Part shown: positions 40,380-50,248 of the stretch, piece by piece
How the letters are laid out: each line of letters begins with the position of its first letter
How positions within the stretch are numbered: position 1 is the stretch's first letter
Origin: Kiritimatiellia bacterium
Lineage (GTDB): Bacteria > Verrucomicrobiota > Kiritimatiellia > RFP12 > UBA3636
Length of the DNA stretch: 64,000 nt
Reading direction: 5' to 3'
Assembly (NCBI GenBank): GCA_045589455.1
Contig: JAZNPC010000010.1
Coordinates: forward strand, 149 to 64,148
Position numbers and translations under genes: made by a program
Notes under the pieces: model-generated
What the model was told of the DNA's origin: nothing
Database searches by the model: none
Seen by the model: the letters and a program-made list of their open reading frames with translations, nothing else

Positions 40380-40773
40380 ACGCCATAAGGCTGGCTATAA
40401 GCCAGTAGCGGAAATGAATCTCACCCCGCTTATGGATTTGACCTTCATTCTGCTAATAACATTTATCATTACGTTCCCTTTAATAGAAAACGGGATACCT
40501 ATCAAATTACCTCAAGGGAAGTCTAAGCCAATTGATGTGTCTCAAAAATCAGTTTCTATTACGGTTGATAAGGAAGGGCGTTATTTTATCGGAGATGAGA
40601 TTGTTTCGATTGATGAACTAAGAGCAAATTTGCAAAATCAAAAAGCAGAGAGTCCAGATTTACGTGTTATAATTCGCGGAGATGTTAAGGCTGAGTATGG
40701 TTCAATTGCTGAGATTGCAAAGCTATTAAGTGAAATGGGAATTAAAAATACATCTCTTGCTTTACAGGAGTAG
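40372..40773 (+). CDS. exbD: ExbD/TolR-family biopolymer transport protein
   Basis: 133 aa with MNLTPLMDLTFILLITFII, and an 8-nt overlap with the exbB end. Confidence 0.85.
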   Translation: MPRRHKAGYKPVAEMNLTPLMDLTFILLITFIITFPLIENGIPIKLPQGKSKPIDVSQKSVSITVDKEGRYFIGDEIVSIDELRANLQNQKAESPDLRVIIRGDVKAEYGSIAEIAKLLSEMGIKNTSLALQE

Positions 40774-40779
40774 ATATAA

Positions 40780-41559
40780 ATGAATATTAAGCAGGTAGAA
40801 AAAAAAGCCTACATAATTTCATTTATTGTACATGCAGTACTAATAGTGGGGCTTGTTGTGGCTTCGATAATTAACGAGTTTTCTTGTACTCAAGAGCCCG
40901 TTGATGATGCCATGCCAATAGAGTTCACTGTTGACGTATCTTCTTTTGAGCAACAAGACGAACCAGTGGGAGATTTAATTGATGATTTAGAGCCCGAACC
41001 AGAACCCGAGCCAGAGCCAGAGCCAGAACCCGAGCCAGAGCCTGAGCCAGAGCCAGACCCTGATGCAGTGTCTGAGCCAGAGCCAGAGCCTCAACCTGAA
41101 AGACCTAGGCGCAAGCCTATTCAGACTTCTGATAAGGTTGTTATGATTAACCAGCCAAATATTCAACCACCTCCTTCTACACCTTCTCCAAGGGAAAGAA
41201 GTGATGATCTTACAGAAGAAGAGGTTAAGAAGCTTCTTGAAATTGGAGCAACAGCATCGGATCATACTTCGGTCCCTGGCGAACGTGAGCGTTGCCTTGC
41301 ATTGGTGTATAAGAAATTCTATGAAGCATGGCGTCGTCCAAGTCTCGCACCAACAGATGTTGCACGTGGTGCTGAGTTGACAATTTGGTTGGGCGATAAT
41401 GGTAGTATAAAAAAATATGAGCTTACTCGTTCTTCCGGTAATCGTCAGCTTGATGCTTCTGTTAAAGATGCTGCTCGTGTTGTTCGCCGTATACCAGGAT
41501 TAACATCAGGATTTATTAGAGATAATAGGACTTTAACAATCGAATTTAACCTCGAATAA
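40780..41559 (+). CDS. tonB: TonB-like energy transducer with (EP)n spacer
   Basis: N-terminal TM, an EPEPEPEP... run (nt ~40990-41100) and a C-terminal TonB/TolA-like domain (TRSSGNRQLDASVKDAARVV). Confidence 0.7.
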   Translation: MNIKQVEKKAYIISFIVHAVLIVGLVVASIINEFSCTQEPVDDAMPIEFTVDVSSFEQQDEPVGDLIDDLEPEPEPEPEPEPEPEPEPEPEPDPDAVSEPEPEPQPERPRRKPIQTSDKVVMINQPNIQPPPSTPSPRERSDDLTEEEVKKLLEIGATASDHTSVPGERERCLALVYKKFYEAWRRPSLAPTDVARGAELTIWLGDNGSIKKYELTRSSGNRQLDASVKDAARVVRRIPGLTSGFIRDNRTLTIEFNLE

Positions 41560-41573
41560 GGATAAGATGATTT

Positions 41574-42380
41574 ATGAAATCGAGCTATATAAAATTTACA
41601 ATTGCTTTAATTGCATTTACATCTTCATTGCTATTTTCATATGCCAAGCAGCCTCCAGCAAATATTTCTTCTGATGCAGCTACTTATGAGGAAAATCTCT
41701 TAACAAACGAGCAGCGTGACACTCTACAGGTCGAAATGATAAGCCTTCAGCGTGATATTATTGCTGCAAATAGAGCTATAGATGAGATTCCTGAAGTTAA
41801 AGCAGCAAAGGAAGAAATGTATCGTTTAACAAAGGAAAAGGCTCCAAAATCTGAGATTGTTGCAGCAAGAGCAAGATATAATGAGCTAAGGTTTGCAGAG
41901 CAAAAAAAAGATCCAATACTTGTGAAAAAACTTGAGCGTTATGAATATATCGCGTCATTGCTTGAATATGACAAGCTTAGAAATAAGGTTGCAAGAGCGC
42001 GTATGCCAGCAGAGGATGTGGCGGCAGAGAGACCTGTTGTTCAGATGGCTCGACCAGCATACGAGGTTCAAGTGGCACGCGAGTTGGAGGAACAAAAGCA
42101 AGGTGCAGAAGAGGCTTTAGACGAAGATATAACAACTTCAGAAAATGAGTTGCCACATAATGTTGTAAAATTATTTGAGAATAATGAGGTGCATATAGCA
42201 GGCAAAATTGTCCAATGGGATGAATTGGCAGTTGCATTTGAAGAATTATATAAGCAAGAGCCTGAGCTTGAACTCCAAATGGATGGTGAGGTAGAGACAC
42301 CTGTTTCAAAGCTAATGGAAATGATGAGGCTTGCACGAGAAGCAGGCTTTAAGGATGTATCTATTCGGAGACTATTTTAA
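41574..42380 (+). CDS. Secreted/anchored coiled-coil protein with ExbD-like C-terminal region
   Basis: 268 aa with a signal-like N-terminus. The C-terminus (VHIAGKIVQWDELAVAFEELY...LQMDGEVETPVSKLMEMMRLAREAGFKDVSI) resembles the periplasmic domain pattern of ExbD/TolR. Confidence 0.45.
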   Translation: MKSSYIKFTIALIAFTSSLLFSYAKQPPANISSDAATYEENLLTNEQRDTLQVEMISLQRDIIAANRAIDEIPEVKAAKEEMYRLTKEKAPKSEIVAARARYNELRFAEQKKDPILVKKLERYEYIASLLEYDKLRNKVARARMPAEDVAAERPVVQMARPAYEVQVARELEEQKQGAEEALDEDITTSENELPHNVVKLFENNEVHIAGKIVQWDELAVAFEELYKQEPELELQMDGEVETPVSKLMEMMRLAREAGFKDVSIRRLF

Positions 42381-42397
42381 TTGTAGGAAGGGATAAA

Positions 42398-42790
42398 ATG
42401 TTTCAGAGTAAATTATCTATAGAGCAACAGGAGTTTCGCTTTAAGGAAGCTTTAAAAGCAATACCTGTAAAGAATACTCAAGCTCGTATTGTGGAAAAGG
42501 ACGAGGTTACAGGAGAACTTCATATAAAGGTTGTTCTTGTTTATAAAGGAACAATCATGAACTTCCTTCGTAGAATTTTAAAAGCAAATACTGAGAAAAC
42601 CTATGTTTTAGACTCAATAGGTACTCAGGTTTATGAAATGATAGACAATAAGAGTACATTTGAGCAATTAATTGACAAATTCTGTGAAAAGGAAAAGCTA
42701 ACCTTTTTAGAGGCTAGAGCATTGCTAGGACAATATTTCCAAACTCTTACCCGTCGAGGTATAATTGTTCCTATGGTTCCTAAAAAATAG
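42398..42790 (+). CDS. PqqD-family (RRE-like) small protein
   Basis: 130 aa. The C-terminal half (YVLDSIGTQVYEMIDNKSTFEQLIDKFCEKEKLTFLEARALLGQYFQTLTRRGII) fits the PqqD winged-helix pattern. Confidence 0.5.
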   Translation: MFQSKLSIEQQEFRFKEALKAIPVKNTQARIVEKDEVTGELHIKVVLVYKGTIMNFLRRILKANTEKTYVLDSIGTQVYEMIDNKSTFEQLIDKFCEKEKLTFLEARALLGQYFQTLTRRGIIVPMVPKK

Positions 42791-42816
42791 CTAGAGCAAT
42801 TTAAGTTTTATATAGA

Positions 42817-43746
42817 ATGATAGAAGAGAAATATCTTGTTGAGCCTTTTGAAGGTAAATCTCCTAGAGCGGATGCTTGGCTAGCTAAGACAAGTGAACAC
42901 TCACGTTCTCGCATTCAAAAGCTTTTTGAGCAAGGAAATATATTGTGTAATGGTGTTCCTTTGGATACATTGTCACATAGATTACAATTTGGCGAATGCT
43001 ATACAATAACTATTCCAGATGCAGCACCTACAGGAATTCAGCCAGAAAATATACCTTTAGACATCTTGTATGAGGATGATGCAATTGTTGTTGTGAATAA
43101 GCCACCTCAGCTTGTTGTTCACCCAGCACCAGGTCATGAGAGTGGAACGCTTGTTAATGCATTGCTTTATCATTATCCAGGAATCTTTTCTATAGGAGGA
43201 GAGGATCGTCCAGGAATTGTGCATCGCCTAGATCAGGACACCTCTGGAGCTTTAATTGTTGTCAAGACGGATAAAGCAATTGTAGCTCTTCAAGAGGCTT
43301 TCCAAAAAAATGAAGTAAAAAAGACTTATAAAGCCTTGGTTCATGGAGTGCCTTATCCAATAGCAGGTCGCATAGAGACCAATATAGGGCGCAACCCACA
43401 GGATCGAAAAAAGATGTGTGTATTGCAGGAGCATGGTAGAAATGCTATTACTGAGTACACAACTGAGCGCGACTTTGGTAATGCTTCTCTTGTAAGCGTA
43501 AATATTGAGACGGGACGCACGCATCAGATCCGTGTGCACATGAACTATTTGGGCAATCCGGTAATAGGCGATCAGACCTATGGTAGCTTCCGTAGGGATA
43601 TGCGTATGCCAATAAAGCTAAAGCGTCAGATGCTTCATGCAGCTAAGCTAGAGTTTATGCATCCTGTGCGCAAGCGAGAGCGAGTAGTGGTAGAGGCCCC
43701 GCTTCCAGCAGATATGCTTGAGCTAATCGAAGCATTAAAGGCGTAG
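42817..43746 (+). CDS. rluD: RluA-family 23S rRNA pseudouridine synthase (RluD-like)
   Basis: S4-like N-terminus, the catalytic HRLDQDTSG motif and GRTHQIRVH. Confidence 0.88.
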   Translation: MIEEKYLVEPFEGKSPRADAWLAKTSEHSRSRIQKLFEQGNILCNGVPLDTLSHRLQFGECYTITIPDAAPTGIQPENIPLDILYEDDAIVVVNKPPQLVVHPAPGHESGTLVNALLYHYPGIFSIGGEDRPGIVHRLDQDTSGALIVVKTDKAIVALQEAFQKNEVKKTYKALVHGVPYPIAGRIETNIGRNPQDRKKMCVLQEHGRNAITEYTTERDFGNASLVSVNIETGRTHQIRVHMNYLGNPVIGDQTYGSFRRDMRMPIKLKRQMLHAAKLEFMHPVRKRERVVVEAPLPADMLELIEALKA

Positions 43747-43800
43747 TGTGGCGCACGTGACGCTAAAGGGACGCCTTGCACACCAAGTGCGCACTCATTT
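43747..43800. repeat. Short copy of the 'cacgtgacgc..aagggacgc' repeat module between convergent genes
   Basis: 'gtggcgcacgtgacgctaaagggacgcc' resembles 'gtgatgcacgtgacgccgaagggacgca' at 25030, 50254 and 50306. Confidence 0.6.
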
Positions 43801-43821
43801 TAAGAAATCCTATGCTTTTTG

Positions 43822-45228
43822 TTATTCCTGCGAGTTATCGTCAATTGGATTTCCACCAAAGGCGGTGAATATTTCTACTGCATATGCTGAAAGTGCTTGA
43901 TTGTGTAAAATAATTGCTTTTTCTGCGTTTAAATAGTTGCGCTGATGAGTTAGTACGGTAACAAAATCACATTCTCCTTGCTCATAAAGTAGCTGTGATG
44001 CAGTAACACATTCTTCATAATATTTTAGTGCTTCCTCAAGCTTTTCCTCACGCTCATATTCGTGCCGGTAATTACTTAGAGCAGTCTCTGCCTCAGTTAC
44101 AGCATTAATAACAGTCTCCTCATATCTAAGTAGAGCTTCATTTGCTTTTTCCTCTGCTGCCTCTTGTGCTGCCTTTAGTTTTCCTCCTTCAAACAAAGGT
44201 ATACTAATGCGCGGGCCAAATCCTGCTGTACGTAGTCCATCAGACCAGCTAGACAACGAATCTGCAGCTGCACCTATGCTTGCACTAATAGAAATCTGAG
44301 GGAAACGATTTGCCTTTGCCACACCAATTCGTGCTGTTGCAGCATTAAGCGCTTCCTCCGCTTGGCGAATGTCTGGCCTACGTTCAAGTAGTGCTGCAGG
44401 AGTGGAAGCTGGGAATAAGCCATTTCGAGGAATTGGTGCCTTCTCTTCCAATAGCTCTGTATATTCACCAGGATATTTCCCAAGCAGCTGCTCAATCAAG
44501 TATTGCTGTGCATTAAGCTTTGCTCTCATATTAGGTAGCTCGGCTTCTGCTGTGCGAACCTGAGCTTCTGCGGCAATAACATCAATTCCTGTTGTAAAAC
44601 CAGCCTCACCCTTAGCCCTAGAAATTTCTAAAGACTGCTTTTGAAGCTCAAGGTTTTTTTCTGCAATTTCATATTGAGCTTGTAGTGAACGATAGCTGAA
44701 ATAGGCTTGAGCAACCTCAGCGCATAGAATTAGCTTTGCATCTCTTACAGAATAACCAGCTGCATTTAGCTCTGCTGTTGCTGCTTCAATAGAGCGACGA
44801 TTTGCTCCAAAGAAATCTAGTACCCATGAAGCAGAAACACCAACAGAGTAGTTCCCTCCAGAGGAATCTGGATTCCAACGCTTCTCTTCAGAGCCACTTC
44901 CAGTTGCAGAAATAGAAGGGTAGAGCGATGCCCCAGTTTGTTGAAGTGTTAGCTCTGCTTGCTTAAAGCGTGAAACAGCTTGCTGCAATGATAAATTGCT
45001 ATCAATTGCTTCCTTCATCAGCTGCACAAGAATCGGATCATTAAAGCTTTCCCAAAAATTGATAGAAAGTAGAACGTTTTCATCCTCCTCGTTAGTAGGA
45101 TTGAGAGAAAGGTTTTCATAATTTTCTGGATGATTTTTTAGTGTCGGTCTTACAGCATTTGGTCCAAGAAGACAACCAGAGGTAAGTAATGCAGGTAAAA
45201 CGATTGCAAATAATGATAACTTTTTCAT
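43822..45228 (-). CDS. Outer-membrane efflux lipoprotein (NodT/TolC family)
   Basis: ORF 43822-45267. I prefer the ATG at 45228 (MKKLSLFAIVLPALLTSGC lipobox), which removes the overlap with the upstream permease. It shows the typical two-repeat OMF sequence. Confidence 0.85.
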   Translation of the reverse strand: MKKLSLFAIVLPALLTSGCLLGPNAVRPTLKNHPENYENLSLNPTNEEDENVLLSINFWESFNDPILVQLMKEAIDSNLSLQQAVSRFKQAELTLQQTGASLYPSISATGSGSEEKRWNPDSSGGNYSVGVSASWVLDFFGANRRSIEAATAELNAAGYSVRDAKLILCAEVAQAYFSYRSLQAQYEIAEKNLELQKQSLEISRAKGEAGFTTGIDVIAAEAQVRTAEAELPNMRAKLNAQQYLIEQLLGKYPGEYTELLEEKAPIPRNGLFPASTPAALLERRPDIRQAEEALNAATARIGVAKANRFPQISISASIGAAADSLSSWSDGLRTAGFGPRISIPLFEGGKLKAAQEAAEEKANEALLRYEETVINAVTEAETALSNYRHEYEREEKLEEALKYYEECVTASQLLYEQGECDFVTVLTHQRNYLNAEKAIILHNQALSAYAVEIFTAFGGNPIDDNSQE

Positions 45229-45244
45229 AATAAATCTCCTTTCC

Positions 45245-46603
45245 TTATTCATAGCGAAGTGCATCAATTGGATTTAGACGCGCTGCACGCCATGCTGGGT
45301 AAAAACCAAAGCATACACCGATAGTGGCAGACACTGCCACAGCCATTGCTATTGCGCCAATAGATGGAGCAACTGGCCAGCCATTCATGCTTGAAACAAT
45401 TGTAGAACAAAGTCTTCCACCCAAAATTCCTAGCAAACCTCCAAGTAAGCAAAGTATCAATGATTCTACAAGAAATTGTATTAGAATATCCTTGCCCTTT
45501 GCTCCAACTGCCATTCTTAATCCAATTTCACGTGTGCGTTCAGTAACAGAAACAAGCATAATATTCATGATACCAACGCCACCCACAATTAGAGAAATAA
45601 GTGCAACAATTAACAATAGACTTGTCATTAACTCTGAGGTTTGAGTAAATGTGTTAAGAAGCTCAGTCATATCGCGAATTTCAAAGTCATTAGGCTCATC
45701 ATCAGCAAGCTTGTGACGTCTCCGCAATAGCTCTGTTATTTCATCAACAGCGCTTTGAATTGAGCTGGCATCTGTTGCAGCAACCATAATTTGATTGATG
45801 TTATTAAAGCGAATAGGCATTAGGTAGTTTTTGGATTGGGTAGCATCGCGAGTAGGATACAATTGTACAGCTTTTGTTGGGTAGCGATCTCCTCGAGAAT
45901 AACTACTAGAGCTTGATGAAGCTGTTGCTGCCATTCCTCCACCACGAGAAAGTCTGTTTCGCATAGTGGTCCATGGGATGACGATTAAATCATTTTGGTC
46001 CATGCCCATGAGATTAGCGCCTTTAGGAGCTAGTGTGCCACGTACGGTAAATATTACATTGTTCAAGCGGATGGTTTGTCCAATAGGTGAATCTTCTCCA
46101 AATAACTCTTTAACTACAGTTTGACCTAGCATACAAACACAGGCTGCTGTATTAACATCTAGTGCTGTGAAAAATTCTCCCTCAGCAAGCTCCCATTCAT
46201 TAACATCAAAATATTGCTCATTACCAGATGCAATCTGTCCTGGAGTCCAGTTTTTATTTCCATAAACTGCTTGAACCGTTGCTCCACGTACAACAGGTGT
46301 TGCTGCTTTAACAGATGGACACTCACGAATGATTGCATCGCAGTCTGCACTAGTAAGTGTAATGCCAGTGCCTGAACCAGTACTAACACCTCCAGTACGT
46401 ATCGATGTAGGGGAAATCATGAGCATATTTGAACCCATATTTGAAATTGAGGTTTCAATTTGCCCTTTAACACCAGAGCCGATTTCCATCATCGTAATTA
46501 CGGCTGCAATACCAATTACAATGCCTAACATTGTAAGGATAGATCTTGTTATATTTCTACGCAATGCCTTGATTGCTGTTATAAAGGGTTGTGTAATATT
46601 CAT
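45245..46603 (-). CDS. ABC transporter permease (MacB/FtsX-type)
   Basis: 452 aa with GGVGIMNIMLVSVTERTREIGLRMAVGA and a FYPAWRAARLNPIDALRYE end. Confidence 0.88.
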   Translation of the reverse strand: MNITQPFITAIKALRRNITRSILTMLGIVIGIAAVITMMEIGSGVKGQIETSISNMGSNMLMISPTSIRTGGVSTGSGTGITLTSADCDAIIRECPSVKAATPVVRGATVQAVYGNKNWTPGQIASGNEQYFDVNEWELAEGEFFTALDVNTAACVCMLGQTVVKELFGEDSPIGQTIRLNNVIFTVRGTLAPKGANLMGMDQNDLIVIPWTTMRNRLSRGGGMAATASSSSSSYSRGDRYPTKAVQLYPTRDATQSKNYLMPIRFNNINQIMVAATDASSIQSAVDEITELLRRRHKLADDEPNDFEIRDMTELLNTFTQTSELMTSLLLIVALISLIVGGVGIMNIMLVSVTERTREIGLRMAVGAKGKDILIQFLVESLILCLLGGLLGILGGRLCSTIVSSMNGWPVAPSIGAIAMAVAVSATIGVCFGFYPAWRAARLNPIDALRYE

Positions 46604-46604
46604 T

Positions 46605-47306
46605 TTACACCTCCTTTATTAAATCGCTATTAGCGATAAGTCCATCCTTGATATGAATTGTGGTTTTTGTATAATCACAAACCTCAGCATCATGTGTTAC
46701 AAGAATAATTGTAATATTATCCTCTTTATTGAGCTGCTGAAACATTCTTAAAATTTCATCGGTTGTAACAGAATCAAGATTTCCAGTTGGCTCATCAGCA
46801 AAAAGAATTTTTGGTCGATTAATCAGTGCTCGGGCTATTGCAACACGCTGCTGCTGTCCACCGGAAAGCTGAGCAGGGTGATGGTGCATTCGTTCCTTTA
46901 GACCAAGCCTTATTAATAGCTCTTCTGCCCATTCTTTGTTTTCCTTCTTGCTTGCTCTTGTTTTGCTATATTCGAGTGGCATTAGCACATTTTGGAGCGC
47001 AGATGTACGAGAAAGCAAATTGAAGTTTTGAAATACAAAACCAATTCTGCCAGAACGAAGCTCAGCACGCTCATTTGCGGAAATGTTAGCCACATTTTTA
47101 CCATCTAACCAATATTCGCCAGAGGTTGGGTTGTCAAGAAAACCAAGAATATTCATAAGAGTTGATTTTCCAGATCCAGAGGCACCCATAAGAGCAACTA
47201 GATCGCCCTGTGCAATGCTAAGGGAAATTCCTTTTAGAACAGGAACTTCTAGCCCACCATTAAGCTTATAGGTTTTTGTAAGGTTTTTTAACTCAATTAA
47301 ACTCAT
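46605..47306 (-). CDS. ABC transporter ATP-binding protein (MacB-type)
   Basis: Walker [25 protein letters not shown] and [12 protein letters not shown]. Confidence 0.9.
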   Translation of the reverse strand: MSLIELKNLTKTYKLNGGLEVPVLKGISLSIAQGDLVALMGASGSGKSTLMNILGFLDNPTSGEYWLDGKNVANISANERAELRSGRIGFVFQNFNLLSRTSALQNVLMPLEYSKTRASKKENKEWAEELLIRLGLKERMHHHPAQLSGGQQQRVAIARALINRPKILFADEPTGNLDSVTTDEILRMFQQLNKEDNITIILVTHDAEVCDYTKTTIHIKDGLIANSDLIKEV

Positions 47307-47373
47307 ATTTTCCTCCTTTCCAAATTAATGCAAAGGCTTATTAATGATAGTAGTGTATATACTATTACTATTG

Positions 47374-48654
47374 TTAGCGGCGAGGAGAACTACCTGAGCC
47401 TCTCTTAGGCTTTGGCATATTTGGCATAAATGGATTCTTTGTTTCAGATTTACTATCATCTTCAGATATTACTTTTGATGATGTAATGATTTCCATTCCT
47501 TCAACAAGCTCAGGCGATTCAATCGCTGCCATTGTGCCATTATTGAGTATTACATTAACCTTAATTGGGCGGATGTTGCCATTTGCTTCTTTAATATGAA
47601 CAATTGCTTCATTTGGGGCTATATCTGGTAAAGGAGCTCCAGCAGGTCTCCATCTAATAGCTCTAGCAGGGATGATTAGAGCATCTTCTGCCTTTTCAAT
47701 TTCAAAAAGAACATTAGCTGTTAGATAAGGTATTAGTTCCATATTTGCATTGTCCACATCAATCTCAACGATGTAGGTAACAACATTGGAGGTTATTGTT
47801 GCATTGTAGCGTATACGTTTAACTGTTCCCTCATATACTTTTCCTGGGAATGAGTCAACAGAGAAAGAAACAGACATGCCTTCTTTTATGCTACCTACAT
47901 CTGCCTCATTTACAGCAGCCCAAATTTGCATTTTATCTAATTCTTTTGCTACTAAAAACATTGATGATACAGACATACTAGAGACAACGGTTTGTCCTAG
48001 GTTTACTCTACGATCAATAACAACACCATCAACGGGAGATGATATTGTGCAATAAGCAAGATTTCTTTCTGCCTTTTCTACATTTGCCCTAGCTTGCACC
48101 ACCTGAGCTTCAGCTTGAAGAATTTTGGCTTCAGCTGAAATTTTGTCAGCAACAGCAATTTTATAGCTTGCTTCATATGCATCATATGAGCTTTGTGAAA
48201 GAGCAGGGCCAACACCAATCTTTTGTGCTCTATTCCAATCCTTTTCTGCTTGCCATAAACGAGCCTCTGCTTGTTGAACAGCAGCCTGTGCAGCTGTAAC
48301 ATTTGCTAGTGCATTACTATATGAAGCTTGAGCAACTTCAAAATCTGCTAGATATGTCACATCATCAAGTTTGGCAAGAATCATTCCATTTGTAACAGTA
48401 GAACGATAATCTATTGTGTTGCCATTTGTATCCGTACCAAATGATATAATTTGTCCAGAAACTTGAGCACCCACGTCAATTAGTTCCTCTGGTTCTAGAG
48501 TGCCAGATGCAGAGATAGTTGTCGCTATTGTACCGCGAGATAGCTTCTCTGTTGTATAAACTGTTACTTCTTCGTTACCTTTGAGTAGTACAGGTAGCGT
48601 AATTGCTCCTATTATAGCAATCCCTAATATTATAAATATAACCTTCTTTTTCAT
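47374..48654 (-). CDS. Efflux periplasmic adaptor (MacA/HlyD family)
   Basis: 426 aa with a membrane anchor, a coiled-coil hairpin, ISSPVDGVVIDRRVNLGQTV and a basic C-terminal tail. Confidence 0.85.
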   Translation of the reverse strand: MKKKVIFIILGIAIIGAITLPVLLKGNEEVTVYTTEKLSRGTIATTISASGTLEPEELIDVGAQVSGQIISFGTDTNGNTIDYRSTVTNGMILAKLDDVTYLADFEVAQASYSNALANVTAAQAAVQQAEARLWQAEKDWNRAQKIGVGPALSQSSYDAYEASYKIAVADKISAEAKILQAEAQVVQARANVEKAERNLAYCTISSPVDGVVIDRRVNLGQTVVSSMSVSSMFLVAKELDKMQIWAAVNEADVGSIKEGMSVSFSVDSFPGKVYEGTVKRIRYNATITSNVVTYIVEIDVDNANMELIPYLTANVLFEIEKAEDALIIPARAIRWRPAGAPLPDIAPNEAIVHIKEANGNIRPIKVNVILNNGTMAAIESPELVEGMEIITSSKVISEDDSKSETKNPFMPNMPKPKRGSGSSPRR

Positions 48655-48674
48655 ATTGCTTCTCCTCGTTTATT

Positions 48675-48708
48675 TGAATTTGCATTCATAATAGTGAATT
48701 TATATTCA
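48675..48708. promoter_or_regulatory. Two 14-bp palindromes TGAAT-N4-ATTCA spaced 20 bp apart (candidate operator pair) upstream of the macA-like operon
   Basis: tgaatttgcattca (48675-48688) and tgaatttatattca (48695-48708), 21-54 nt upstream of the minus-strand start at 48654. Confidence 0.35.
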
Positions 48709-48916
48709 TTTGTCAAGTGGCTTTTTTTATTTTTTTTCTATGTTTTGTTAAGCATCAAAGTTGTTTGCCATTTAAACCTAGCACTTTTAGCCACCACGTG
48801 CCATGGTATTGATTGCGAGGTTTAGATGTATTCTGTTGATAATTGAGAGCCCCATAAGTATGTTGATAGTAAATTGATAATTTGATAAAATGATTCTAAT
48901 AAATAGGGGAATAAAT

Positions 48917-50239
48917 ATGAAAAAGTTTTTACTCTTTGTTGTTTTATTAGCACTTTCAGTGAATGTATTTGCTGAAAATAAATTTAGTCCTGAAACAGTA
49001 GCCGCGCAAGAGGCTTTTATAAATGATGGTTTTGGTATTTTTATTCATTGGGGTATTTATGCAATTCATGGGAAGGGCGAGTGGTGGCTTAATAAATCAA
49101 AAATGCCTTTAGAGGAATATGAGGCTGTAGCATCTCAATTTAATCCAACAAATTTTGATGCAAATGCTTGGGCTGAAGCTTTTGCTGATGCTGGTGCACG
49201 CTATGTAACAATTACCTCACGCCACCATGATGGCTTTTCTATGTTCGCTACCACAAATACAACCTACGATATTGTGGATGCAACACCATATAAGCGCGAT
49301 CCGATGGCTGAGCTTGCTACAGCATGTAAGAAGCATAACTTGAAGCTAGGCTTCTATTATTCTCTCCTTGATTGGCGCCGAGAGGATTTTCCTCATTATA
49401 AAGGCCGCGGAGATTATGATTCATATTATGCCTTTATGAAGGGGCAGCTGGGAGAGCTCTTAACTAATTATGGACCAATTAATTGCATATGGTTTGATGG
49501 GCAATGGGCGCGCACTGACGCTGGCTTTGATTGGCGCTTGCCTGAGCTATTTGATTATGTTCGCTCAATTCAACCATCCTGCTTAGTTGGTAATAATTCA
49601 CATGTATCACTTCAGCCTGGTGAGGATTTCCAAATTTGGGAAATTAATTATCCAGGAGGTCACACAGGTCACATGAATGATAAGCAAACCATTGCAACAA
49701 ATGTACCTTTGGAATGCTGCTGGTCAATGACCTCTGATGCATGGGGATATCAGCCTAATGATTTGATGGAAAAGAATCCATCAAAGGAGCTCATTCGAAA
49801 GCTAGTGCGCACTCGTTTTCTTGGCGCAAATCTTCTACTAAATGTTGCTCCTGCTCCAGATGGATCCATTCCTGAACCCGCATTAGAGCGTCTCAAGGAT
49901 ATTGGAGAGTGGATGGATAAGTATGGCGATACCATTATAGATGCAAAGCCTGGTCATATTTATTTGGGAGGTCACAAGGAGTTCTCTAATGTAATTTCTA
50001 CTATCTCTGAGGATGGTAAAACAATACATTTGCATATTTTAACAGATGGCAAGAAGGATTTTGGATTATGGATCCCATTCCCAGATACAATTGTAGCAAT
50101 CACCAATCGCATGACAGGTGCTGAGCTACCATTTGTGCAGAAAATGCATCATTCAAAGCGCTACTTATCTCTACACCTAGATTTAGAGGCTGATGTGCCA
50201 GACACAATTCTCGACATCACTATCGACCCTTCAAACTAA
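48917..50239 (+). CDS. Alpha-L-fucosidase (GH29), secreted
   Basis: ORF 48890-50239. I prefer the ATG at 48917 (AGGGGA upstream; MKKFLLFVVLLALSVNVFA signal). GH29-type segments are FGIFIHWG, TSRHHDGFSMF and WFDGQW. Confidence 0.85.
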   Translation: MKKFLLFVVLLALSVNVFAENKFSPETVAAQEAFINDGFGIFIHWGIYAIHGKGEWWLNKSKMPLEEYEAVASQFNPTNFDANAWAEAFADAGARYVTITSRHHDGFSMFATTNTTYDIVDATPYKRDPMAELATACKKHNLKLGFYYSLLDWRREDFPHYKGRGDYDSYYAFMKGQLGELLTNYGPINCIWFDGQWARTDAGFDWRLPELFDYVRSIQPSCLVGNNSHVSLQPGEDFQIWEINYPGGHTGHMNDKQTIATNVPLECCWSMTSDAWGYQPNDLMEKNPSKELIRKLVRTRFLGANLLLNVAPAPDGSIPEPALERLKDIGEWMDKYGDTIIDAKPGHIYLGGHKEFSNVISTISEDGKTIHLHILTDGKKDFGLWIPFPDTIVAITNRMTGAELPFVQKMHHSKRYLSLHLDLEADVPDTILDITIDPSN

Positions 50240-50248
50240 TCTCTAGCA

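Noticed and set aside
40990-41100. 6-bp periodic 'gagccagaaccc' tract considered as a VNTR or non-coding repeat.
   Set aside because: It is in-frame within the TonB-like ORF and encodes the (Glu-Pro)n spacer that is characteristic of TonB proteins.
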